Below are positions 55,101 through 64,000 of a stretch of 64,000 bases of DNA, in pieces; position 1 is the first letter of the stretch; each line of letters begins with the position of its first letter. The notes beneath the pieces are model-generated. The model was given only the letters and a program-made list of their open reading frames with translations. It had not been told where the DNA came from and did no database searches. The stretch is from Botryllus schlosseri (taxonomy: Eukaryota), in contig CM119384.1 of the NCBI GenBank assembly GCA_051294905.1, positions 5,270,001 to 5,334,000 of the forward strand, given 5' to 3'. The position numbers and the translations under genes are program-made.

Positions 55101-58100
55101 ACACACAAAATGTGGTTCAATTCCAGCCAGTAACCGCTTTGCTACAGGAGAAGAAAGTTTCTATTTATTATATAAAAATAAATAATAAATTTCCAACCCG
55201 TGGAAGCGGAGTTATTGCCGTCGAAAAATTTGGATTTGAATAAAATAGTATTTACGGTGACCGATTCTTTGTTTATTTATTGTAGTTGTGCTCACCGTAA
55301 ATACTATTTTATTCAAATCCAAATTTTTCGACGGCAATAACTCCGCTTCCATTGGTTGGAATTGAACCAAATTTGGTGAGCGTCGTTTCTATAGACAGCC
55401 TAACACTTTCATAGGGTGAACAGAAAATCTTCAAATTTTTTATTTTTTATTTTTATATAGTAAATAGAAACTTTCTTCTACTGTAGCAAAGCGGTTACTG
55501 GCTAGAATTGAACCAAATTTTGTGTGTAGGCTTAAATTAGGTAACCTAACAATTTTATCAAGTAGCCAGTACGATTTGAAAAAAAAAGTCATTTCTGAAG
55601 AGCCCTAATGTACATAGGGCACCTACCACATTATAACCACCCGACAGTGGTGTTGCAGTTACACTGTAGTCACTATCAGCAACAAGTACAAGTAGCTGCC
55701 ATTGACACCCAAAATGGCCACTATGAGTTTAGTTATATGGAAATTGAACGGAAAAGAAGTTATTCGCAGAAGTAAAACGTCAGTTAGAAACCGGTGTATG
55801 CAAAAATACATATCGTCAGTCTATAAAACTATTCAACCGGCCAATCATCGTAATTTTGACAATTCCATTGTTTATGAGTAAGGTGTTGAAAGAATAGAAC
55901 CCTATGGTTCGTGATACAGCACATTTATTATGTATATAGGCTTGATAATTGAGTATTCAAGTGAAAAATATAGGGCATGGACTCTGAGGTAACATTCTGG
56001 AATCATTTGACTGGTCCGGCACGCGAGTGCTCTGAAGGTTTGAACACGGCCCGCCACGCAAGTTGAGTTTGAAACCCCCACTCTGGTGTAATGTCTACTA
56101 GTTAGTGGTAGAGTATTTTGGTTCCATCGACGACACATAGTCGGTTGTTTCTGGATGTCAGCAAGTTATCCTTTCTTCAGGGGGCTTCTCTCAAGTCTGC
56201 GGACAACAGGCAAATGGCCGACGCCCCGGCGCCGACCGGGCGCGACTCGCTACTGGATCAAATCCGGCAAGGAACACAATTGAAAGCTGTGAGTAGCGGT
56301 CGGGAAATTACATTTTTAAAATAATTGAAAGTGTTTGGTTTATATACACCATGTGTACTTGTGTTTCCGGCAATCCTACGTTCGTATCAAAATTAGAGGT
56401 CGACCGATATTGATTTTTCCAGGCCGATACCGATATATCGGCACACTCACGGGCCGATAACCGATATTATTATTGAAGGAGCAAAGTACAATTTCACCAA
56501 AAATATTATATATTAGGCAAGCTGGCACTTGTTCATGCCACAGAAAGCTGAACAACAAACGAGGAAGCTGATATTGAAAAGAATTATTGCTCAATTGTGC
56601 ACATTCGTTGAAAATTGGGATAACCCTAAAAACAAAACATGATACAGAATTGCAGATCAGTACAGAAAAGGTAGATTGTAATTCAGGAAGCATAGTTTCT
56701 CTGCATGCTCACCCAGTTAAATTCGTCCTGCAAGTGTAAATCTGTCATATATCACTCTTTGCGTCGTCGATTTCTTGAGATTGAGAAGACGGAGCATTGA
56801 ATTTCCAATAGTTTTGAATTTTTTTAAAATATAAAATATCGGCCTTCATAGGCCGATACGATAATCGGGAAAGCTCTAAATATCGGCCTCGATAATCGGC
56901 CATTCCGATAATCGGTCGACCTCTAATCAAAATCTTTTGGTGCATTGTGTACAGAGTTACAGACACTTGGGAATTTGAAAAGTAGAAAGTTGGATTGGGA
57001 TATGTCTTAATCACTTTCTAGAGTGAAATAGTCCCGAATATATATTTATATTTTTGTTTTCGTGTATGCAATAAACTAATATGTGATTTGTGACAGGTGT
57101 CACAAGACGAATCGCGAGAACGTGCCGCAGAAGAGGAAGAAGATGACGGGCTAGCTGGTGCTCTGGCAAGAGCTTTGATGCAGAGAGAGAAAGCAATTCA
57201 CGGTACGTATTCCGCAGCATGTAATTGCGCCAACTTCGGATACCTGTGGTGGATGGGTGTATCTATTTGACGAGGTGGTCAAAGTAGTCAAGAAGGCTAC
57301 TCAAGTAGAAGTAGCGACAAAAAATCTACTCAAGTACGAATAGAAGTACTTCTTCCATAAGCCACCTAAAACTACTTGAAGTAAAAGTAGAATTGACTGA
57401 CTTTAAATCTACTTAAGTAAGTAGTTGTGAAAACAGTCATAATTCGTTCGCATGGAGTGTCAAAAGCTGCAAATTGAGCTATGCGGAAGGTGCAGATAGA
57501 CTGATTCGTATTGATGCATCCCAGGAGGTATCAATTTCCGACAGAATAGGCATGCTTTCTCATCATGGGATGCAAATTATGGTATTGATATGAAAATGCG
57601 ATACTAACCCTTTGTTTACTAGAAGACCCCATTTTAGAGAATATCATAGCATGGCGCCCTACCCCATATTATAAAGGCCCCAGATTTAGGCGAAGACCAA
57701 TACAGAAAAGTTGTATACCAGAGACGGTTTCAACACTTTGTGTGATTAGTATTCGTTAATCACAAATATTGTGGATCATAAAATTTATATTTAGTGTAGC
57801 TTTGTTTTCGGAAAATAGAGGCATTACTACACTTACTTTTATGCTTCAGCATGTATGTTCTGCAGACAAAAGAACTGAAAGTAATTAGAACTAAAAGTAT
57901 GATACTCGGAATTGAAGGTGAAATACAAATACCACTGCTGAAAAGCGGAAAATATATTTCATTTCTTTTTTCCATAAAGCTTCAAATGTGATCTGCTAAA
58001 ACAGGTGTAACATTGAAAAAAGCCGGATTTTCCAGATTAGCAGGACACGTCATGGGCTGCTAGATTACGATATGATAGGTTATTGCTAGATTGCGAAACG

Positions 58101-58774
58101 GTAGTTTCAAACGTTATGGTGAGCCATATTTACGGTGATGAAGTATTTGATATGGGCGCTAATGCGGTGTGAGCGGAACCAAGCAATCCGGTACCTAAAT
58201 TATATTCACTGATACTTTCGTGAAAACATATTTGTTATTCCATACTATAATGTGCGCAAAGTGCAGCAAAATTCTGGGCTTTACTTTTATGAATATTAAA
58301 TGTTGGTACTCCGTGAAACCAGCCTGAAATTCCTCAGGCTATATTTCGTATTGGGGGATTAAACTACTTCTACTTGACAAACTGAAAATAGCGAAAAGTA
58401 AGTATGGAGATCACAAAATATTACGAAGTATAAGTAGAGAAAATCTGATCTACTTCAGTACGTACCAGAAGTAGAGGAAAACTACTTGAGTACTTCCAAA
58501 AAGTATAAGTACTCCGTTACTGACCACCAATGTCTATTTGTCACTGTCGACAATTATCTCGACTCTACCAAAGAAAATCACAGATTAGATTAGAATTAGA
58601 TTACCGACATTTAGTTCTAAATAGTCGAATTATGCAACTAGAATTATGTAGTTGTCCTAGTATGCCGGCGAGTAATGGACCGATGACGCAGCCGAGACTA
58701 TAAGCATTGTCCTTTCAGATTCCGATTCGGACTCGGACGAATTCCAAGAGGACGACGACGATTGGGACGACTGA
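31177..58774 (+). CDS. WASL: Neural Wiskott-Aldrich syndrome protein (N-WASP), canonical isoform 501 aa, 12 exons
   Basis: join(31177..31302,33022..33153,35072..35158,35749..35848,50603..50647,51793..51973,52404..52446,52559..52695,54023..54407,56181..56288,57097..57202,58719..58774) = 1506 nt, phases consistent. Domains: WH1 (STAVVQVF, CLVKDNPNRSYFIR, EQELYNQF, AGLNFAN), basic region KKDKKSKKKGKK, CRIB ISTPQDFKHVGHVGWDP, IYDFIE (Y256 equivalent), poly-Pro, two WH2 (LLDQIRG, LLDQIRQG), C helix GLAGALARALMQR, acidic DDDDWDD*. Exon 5 (45 nt) is the least certain. Confidence 0.93.
35460..35690. repeat. Interspersed MITE-like family (aagtagaagta/tacttgagtact; end motif gttactgaccac); copies at ~3715-3790, ~26200-26270, ~40195-40377, ~40990-41150, ~44370-44548, ~53670-53920, ~57275-57420, ~58365-58530
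   Basis: Recurrent gtagaagtacttcgttactgac(c/t)ac end and actcaagtagaagtagc body. Boundaries are approximate. Confidence 0.65.
40378..40979. mobile_element. Foldback (long-TIR) hAT MITE
   Basis: TAGGGCTGCTCAAAAATAAC...GTTATTTTTGAACAGCCCTA with ~200-bp inverted arms (ccagccagtcac/gtgagtggctgg, caccaaattt/aaatttggtg, gtataagccgccgc/gcggcggcttatac); perfect 8-bp TSD CTGACCAC (40370-40377 and 40980-40987). Confidence 0.92.
43211..43295 (+). repeat. Short interspersed repeat; copies at ~53757-53836(+) and ~33275-33325(-)
   Basis: Shared ggctgacactcg(t/a)caggg(t/g)taatcgtcagcaacta(ta)gtagagaa...tatcaacaatcgtatca. Confidence 0.6.
44026..44318. mobile_element. Charlie/MER-like hAT MITE
   Basis: TIR CAGTAGTTCCCAAC...GTTGGGAACCACTG; TSD TATTAAAC / TACTAAAC (7 of 8 match). 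Confidence 0.85.
47045..49768 (+). CDS. Long disordered ORF/giant exon nested in N-WASP intron 4: probable alternative N-WASP exon (47045..49697) or stand-alone 892-aa gene (ATG 47090..49768)
   Basis: About 2.7 kb without a stop codon in AT-rich intronic DNA. Composition is S/T/K/R/N/D-rich with no recognisable domain. Acceptor ...ttgcggcacAG at 47043-47044; accATGATG at 47090; GTAGGT phase-1 donor at 49698. Confidence 0.8.
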   Translation, partial: VDIYYVRSLPWFYDTMMDTYANFVSDVTIPALGKDILAKIKLDHEDSVCSDYSLSDIEDGLDPNESFESDKSRKNPAVTGVESPDPALNRFSSDSSGISTQDSPFSTIERESNDSKIAGVKTAVAAIENRHIQSATADNDETDSVSHLTLRPSVTATRSTNLARQRSMSHSFDRPNAARDSDSDRNNNNNELGMRTLPKYTDTLGNMSQTQWKRYNKAMETYRRCKHGEKISNNSADNPGNEKKHRSLSQNDPIYENVSELTRVQPATKRPEFERRTKSMLNPLQSSAPSYAPICPPDQQQDDLETYSTLTLDYKTILRRSHIPDKPALPLPTVNSIRDESFLDEDDPDLVTDIDSFLHLPEKKATPTISVTTNQHDSYAVVTNHVTKEPDKILWSGLKLLGERKKTELTRPNSPKSAFMSRINKMSLRKTATLASEQENAANLRKNTIISKRNTAKTTHPEKYIYLDPASHNGCSMTSSFGQYHTVASAGRLSRIRRKNEKIALSSPTKKKSIRIQSANSFARRFLRVPTMWKSTANGVERQKSQKVDTSAFEDEVVLTRRYSRSASDLPSCQDAEFKGVTGSSKCSNNNNNFYQSWSAESSPQMKATKRNRAKPSKLVVDMNTGSCEIVKSNLKSPRNSPRLRLSPGGPHASVVQPSPSLKPKVLFRAPSVKRDGSSERKSFRFTTCQFDDFVSADVSTLDLNVEEYFSFLGTKSSELTTPDSDPIDKVSVKETISTFESNSNSNGSDGIYCERDRSPRKSPRKTNTVKRRKQKKRMRSGVPSYVPDYVKPVNADRIKRSSAFYQLSLPEADAKPSDPKVLDTMAAFINDASVQGRRKNSVSMASKTWSGRAAERRKSKAKSKFGSLSIAKLLRANKLRLSIGRLRFWLAGSEQLYKILDELLIT
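50121..50290. repeat. TAGGGCTGGGC-ended MITE family fragments (gagtactcgaat repeats); also at ~1405-1462, ~37770-37803, ~39310-39370
   Basis: Recurrent tagggctgggc / gcccagc(c/t)cta ends with tactcga(a/t)t(c)gaatc repeats. Confidence 0.55.
52746..53230. mobile_element. Foldback MITE of the TAGGGCTG family (N-WASP intron 8)
   Basis: cagggctgttcaaa...ttaacagcccta with long inverted arms (cactggctacttgataaaattgttaggttgg / ccaacctaacaattttatcaagtagccagtg). No clean TSD. Confidence 0.85.
54914..56080. mobile_element. Charlie-like hAT element (CAGGGGTGTCAAAC end) containing a nested foldback MITE
   Basis: Left end caggggtgtcaaac...cggcccgc; right end cggcccgcc...gagtttgaaaccccca; flanks CTCTAGCG / CTCTGGTG (6 of 8 match). 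Confidence 0.6.
55022..55607. mobile_element. Foldback MITE (TAGGGCT-family relative)
   Basis: tagagctcttcaaaaatgac...gtcatttctgaagagcccta with two nested sets of long inverted arms. Shares aaatttggatttgaataaaatagtatttacgg with the 52746-53230 copy. Confidence 0.85.
56394..56925. mobile_element. hAT MITE with ccgat subterminal repeats (N-WASP intron 10)
   Basis: TIR TAGAGGTCGACCGAT...ATCGGTCGACCTCTA; perfect 8-bp TSD ATCAAAAT (56386-56393 and 56926-56933). Confidence 0.92.
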
Positions 58775-59777
58775 GGCCTCGCCTCTCGCGCCACGACAGC
58801 CTTACGCCGGCCAGAGGAAACCTGCCGCATATCTGCCGGCGTGCCAACGATTGGAAATCCATATTTAGATACGTGAACAGACGCAGTAGAACTCTCGACT
58901 TCACGTCCGTAATTCATCGAAATTTCTTCTCTTTCCTAGGCTAATTTTACCGAATTCTAGTCCGTGTTATCGATCTTCAAACGCAGAAATCTGTTATTTC
59001 GTTGAATCGTGCGGCGTCCATATTCAGCGTGATTAAAAGCGTTGATCCGTTTTTGCGTTTCTCGTTTTCTCTTTGTAAGTTATGGTTTTGCTATTCTCGA
59101 TTTTTCCGCGTATCATACTATCCAGCTCTGAGCTGATCATGTAGCTCGATTCCAGTTTCATTATTAATAAAGATTTATCTGTGTGTACGCCGGTTGCGAT
59201 TTTTTCGCGTCGGGCGTCTGGTGGTCGGGGACGTAGGGGACATGAAGTTGTGGTGGGTTCAAGTCTATTCATAAAATTTCGTAATTTCAAAACATCACAA
59301 GACTGCGATACAGCGAAAGACAGGAAGGTACCGAAACGACTTGCAGTACGGTAGTCTTTGAGATCAGACACTCGCCTGGGACTAGGCGATTTAAATAGGA
59401 GGCATGCACATGAAGGTTATGACTTGAAAAAAAAATTTGCCAGTAGCAGGAATTAGTGAATATTTTGGTATAAATTCATAAAATTATAATCATTTTGTTC
59501 AAATCGAAAAAATGTCCCGCACAAACTAACTTCAATTTTCGACATTGGTCCAAATAGAGAAAAAATACAATTCAATGGTATTCTTTGCTACAAATTTAAT
59601 CTTCAAATATATGTCCTTCTGCACTTCTGGTAAAGTTCATCCATCAATTTCTGTTATTATGTTAGTGCCAGGGTCAACTACAAAGGACACATCCGACTTC
59701 CGAAGGGTTTTAAGGTACTCTATCGCTGCAGGACATTCGAGCGCAAAAATAGCAGCAATATAATCTTTGGTATATTC

Positions 59778-60196
59778 TAGATCCCGACCGATATCGGATT
59801 TTTTGGTCGATACCGATGAAACCGATATCTCGGACCTTGACCGATAACCCCAATACATTCAGCCGATATTCAAAAGAAGTTGGATATAGATAGATAAGCA
59901 CATTTTCAAAGCTTCAGAGCATTTATTTGAACATCTTTACAGCCATCATTATACTTGAACATGAAATAAACCAGAAAGGCTGCATCTGGACACCTGTAAA
60001 CTGTAGGCTATAGGAAATATATCAATATTCTCAATCTAGCAGTCAGAGATTATAGTTTTCTGACTTCCTACCGCCATGTTGTGACGTCGCGAAAATTGCC
60101 GTTGAGTTCTCAGCTCCAATGGCCGATACCGATAATTCTTTCAAAGTGTGATATCGTCTCGGTACTATCGGCTGGCCGATACTTGGTTGGGCTCTA
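59778..60196. mobile_element. Older relative of the ccgat-repeat hAT MITE
   Basis: tagatcccgaccgat...acttggttgggctcta; TSD GTATATTC / GTATAGTC (7 of 8 match). Confidence 0.75.
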
Positions 60197-61687
60197 GTAT
60201 AGTCCATCTTTAGGCATCTGGTTAGAATACCAGGCTTCCTGACACGCATTTGCGATGAATAAGCATGATATCTCAAGAGTTACTCTCCATCTGGGGATTT
60301 GAAAGTACGCAATCATGACTCTTCAGCTGCATATCGCATTGCGTAGAGATGGAAGTTTATGTCATTTGATTAGTGGTAATCTACTATTTTCCTTGAAAGA
60401 GCGGCTTGCTCTGCAAAGTTCATAAATAAACTTGAAATCATCCCTCCATTCTCGGTTTTCTAATATTTCACCTAAAATTCTGGCTTGGTAGACTATACCA
60501 AGTTTTCGTTGTGTTTTACCACATCATCTCCAACTTTGTAGCTGAGAGTTGGATTTGTTGAAAACGTTGGATTGGAGAACTGTGATATATCCTTTAAGAA
60601 TCGATAATTTGATGTTGGTAACGAATGTATTGTGGTTGATGAAAATGAAAACCCTTGCTCATCATTGCATTTTGCAGTTTCACAACATCGCAATTCCGCC
60701 GTCCAGTATCAACAGATGCTGTGTCACATATGATATCACATTTTCAAATTTTCCTATGTATCATATTCCTCTAATCGGTTTTCTAGACCGCTGAAAATAT
60801 CTTGAGCAATTCTACTTTCGCCTTTTGGAACACTCAGTTTGATTTGTGTCAGACAAAACGAAATTATACGATATATAAACTTTATACAGTCTATACATCT
60901 AAAATCGAAATTAATAATTAGGCTATTCATTAATTATGTAATTTTGACTGTAAACAATTAGAACAAGATAAGATTAATTCAATCTGGGCAATCACAATTT
61001 ATCAAAATGCTATTTTAAATCTTCGCAATTGGAATTGTGTCAGTTACATTCAAATAAGTCGCTAGTCTGTAGCCTATCTACAAAAGAAAGCCTATTATCC
61101 TTCGTACAGTGAAAATTGGAAAATTTTTGTGCCGGAGGTTTTTGTTAAACGGTCTTAATTTTTGTGAATTTTGAAATCAGGAACACAAAAGTTCATCATT
61201 TGTGACTACAGGACACGCAAAATTTTGATTTTTTTTTTCTAGTCATAACCCTAATGCACATGCACACTGAATGAAAGGAAGAGAAGATAATATAAAATGA
61301 TAAGCGACAAAATCAGGTGGCTTATAATTGTGACGGAAGGCGAGATCGATATGTCAGGTCGTGGTCCAGTAAATGTTGAGGGCTGACTAGTATTCATTCT
61401 GAAGAAATTGCTTGTATTTCGACTTGAATGTGGACCTGGACATGCTCGACGACAGTCGGATAGCCGGGCCGATTGAAATACCGGACGTGGATAGCCTACA
61501 CTTTAAATGTCGCTATCAGTGCTGGACATACCGACTGCTAGAAAATTTTCAGCATTTCAAAGTTAAAACTGAATTTAACGCCACAACTTTTTCCAAATTA
61601 GAGAATAATTAGAATTACTGAATTCGGATGAAGTTGGAAATTGTATAAAATTCCGAATTATAAAGAAATACAACAAAATTAAATTCA

Positions 61688-62010
61688 CCGACAAGATAGC
61701 GTAATGGTTAAGCATCCCACCTCTTGATCGGTAGGCGGTGGGTTCGATTCCCGGCCGGGGGTCAGACCAAAGACCTGATTAGTAACACTGGTATCCATAG
61801 CTTCCCTGCTTGGCGCTCATGCATTACTGGGATAGCATGGAGGGGTGGTGCATGACTTAGAATGCTATAAAGGCTATATCTGCACTTCCTTGTCCAGCGG
61901 CATATGCACATCATGTACTCATGGTATGCATATGCGCAGATCGCGTGTATGTGTATCATGAGTCGGTGTATATGCCGCAAAAACATCAAGGACAAAAATA
62001 AACTGCGTCC
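61688..62010 (+). mobile_element. tRNA-derived SINE
   Basis: Pol III A box tagcgtaatggt (61697) and B box ggttcgattcc (61741), followed by gggtcagaccaaagac...tggtatcc...cttccctgcttggcgctca core and an AT-rich tail. Confidence 0.8.
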
Positions 62011-62489
62011 TTTCCTTCCTCATGTTGTATGACTTGTATCTAAGTTCATTCCCATGAGCGTGAGAATGACAAGTTTGGCTCGTTTCGCACTATACACTTC
62101 TCGTGTAGCCTTTTTAGCAAAGCCAGAAATGATATTAGAATTGAGATTATAGCATTGAAGCATTTCACAAATTAGATTACTGGCGTTTCGGCCTAATTAG
62201 ACAGCTAGAATTTCCTAGTAACGCAAGTCTGGTCGATATGTGCTTAGAGATAAGGAGTCCATACGAGTATAGGCTTCACTGAAATCAGACGACTGCGAAT
62301 GTTAGCAAATCGGCATCCAAATAGATTCTTGTCATTGTCAACAAGGACATCGATGGCCGAAAGTTGTGATTCATGTCCTGTCACATTGTCGCGGGTTTTA
62401 GGAGTTGCGATCCAAAGTCTGGTATTTCTTGTCGAGTTATCTTCCAGTCACCTTGCGGTAAGTGGCAGTGCTCATAACGTGTGACTTTA

Positions 62490-62847
62490 ATTGTAGGCTA
62501 TATGTATTTACTTCCTGAATAGACGCGGTGTAGCCTGTATACAAGTGCACAATTGCACAATGCACATTGCACATACAATCGCATATCATAGAGAGAGAGA
62601 GAGAGATTATATTCTTTTCCGCCTGCACTATCGAGATGCTTTGGTGATGGAGATGCGATACGACCGTAAGGTTACTTAGTCTGCATCCCCGCATTTTTCT
62701 CCTTCATGCTACCCGTGGTTGCTGAGCGCTTATAGCAGTATAGATGCGGATACCAATTTTCGAGACTTTGGTCTGACCCGGCCGGGATCAAACTCACGAC
62801 CTACGGATCGAGAAGCCGGACGCATCATCATTACATTATCTCATATC
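62490..62847 (-). mobile_element. tRNA-derived SINE, same family, inverted orientation
   Basis: The reverse complement reads ...gtaggtcgtgagtttgatcccggccgggtcagaccaaagtctcgaaaattggtatcc...aagcgctcagca...gggtagcatgaagg. Confidence 0.75.
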
Positions 62848-64000
62848 AAATGGAACATCACAAACAGAAAATATTTTATGGCTTGAGCAGACTTCTTGAT
62901 TATCGCAACAAACAATAAATTTGTATTGCCAAATTGAAATATTTCAAATGATTTGACTTAACTCGAATCGCTGAACACTTGTAGATTATGACTTGACTTG
63001 TTGCAGTGATTTTAAATATTCCTTACTTTGCTGGAGTTTTATTGTAAACAATGGTTTACGCATGGTTTATAAATTCAAACTACCGTCAACAATTATATAG
63101 AAGCTTTATTTGATAGCCTATAACGACAGAAATATGTTGTAGCCTATCGGCATCAGTTCAAAATTCGGTCCGAAAGCCTGACCGATATCCTGAAGACACG
63201 TACACTCGTACAGTCGTACACCTATTCGCTTTGTATTTTCTCTCAGATGAGCAATGGCGGATGACAAATACCTCAAGCTTTGCTGCGGACCCTGTATTTA
63301 GCGAACATTCATTGGAGACTTGGAGTCATATTTTCTTAGATGAAATGAATCTCTTTAACGTATTTATAATATATTTGGATTCGTCAATACTTCGTTATAA
63401 CCTGAATAGATATTCTAATAAAAAGAAATGAACAAATAAAAATAACAGTGGCATTAATCATTATAAAACAGTCATGGGCAAAAAGCGTTGAAGAAAGAAC
63501 TTTCGAGAAGTACAAAGGCAATATATTTAATCCTATTTATATTTCAAAAAATAGCATAGCAATATATAGAATGCTAGTGATATCTGAGACACAATATTGG
63601 TAACGTTTTCATGTATGACCTAATGTGAGAGATTAGGACATTTTACGTATGATCGGACATCAATCTGCACGGCCTTGCGATGATTGATCGGGATTCGGGA
63701 GTAGGTATAACCATTTATGTGATAATCGGTGTCACAATTAATGGACTATATGGCGTTAATCGAGATTCCAAAGCATGGTCTCACATTCGTAAATGGTTGT
63801 TCACTCGCACTACGAGTGAAGGTACAACCGTGCCCTCTGGCCCGTTTCTTCGTCTAGGCTCCGACTCTAAGGTTTCGCAAGATATTATGCTGAGGCTGAC
63901 AGCTAATTAAGCCCATTGACTTCATACGAGGTCGCGTTCTCATCTTCAACAAAGCATGCCCGTGATGTACACCTTCGACGCTTTTTTGGTGAATCGGATT

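Noticed and set aside
61688-61765. Possible tRNA gene (A and B boxes)
   Set aside because: No closed acceptor or anticodon stems. It continues into a SINE core and has a second dispersed copy, so it is a SINE head.
63680-63910. 76-aa ORF at the window end as an exon of a further gene
   Set aside because: No homology or clear acceptor, and it cannot be linked to other exons within the window.

Overview
Eukaryotic, intron-rich, transposon-dense invertebrate DNA. A tunicate/ascidian is most likely, inferred from a muscle-type non-alpha nAChR subunit, ~60-nt minimal introns and mosaic CpG depletion. Five host genes, all on +, were reconstructed exon by exon with consistent splice phases: the last exon of PRP4 kinase (1612-1889); an 11-exon muscle beta/gamma/delta/epsilon-like nicotinic ACh receptor subunit (5333-19232, 667 aa); a 7-exon alpha-tubulin (23332-26039, 451 aa); an intronless MINDY1/2 deubiquitinase (28682-30088); and a 12-exon N-WASP (31177-58774, 501 aa). 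The most striking observation is a ~2.65-kb open, disordered, Tyr-motif-rich reading frame (47045-49697/49768) inside the 14.75-kb N-WASP intron 4. It has an acceptor at its start and a phase-1 GTAGGT donor near its end that is frame-compatible with N-WASP exon 5. This predicts a ~1200-1350-aa N-WASP isoform in which the WH1 domain is replaced or truncated. Introns and intergenic DNA hold many hAT-type elements and MITEs with 8-bp target-site duplications (including a three-level nest with a Buster/SPIN-like transposase relic), foldback MITEs and tRNA-derived SINEs. No rRNA, true tRNA or CRISPR array was found. All calls were made by eye, with no database search.
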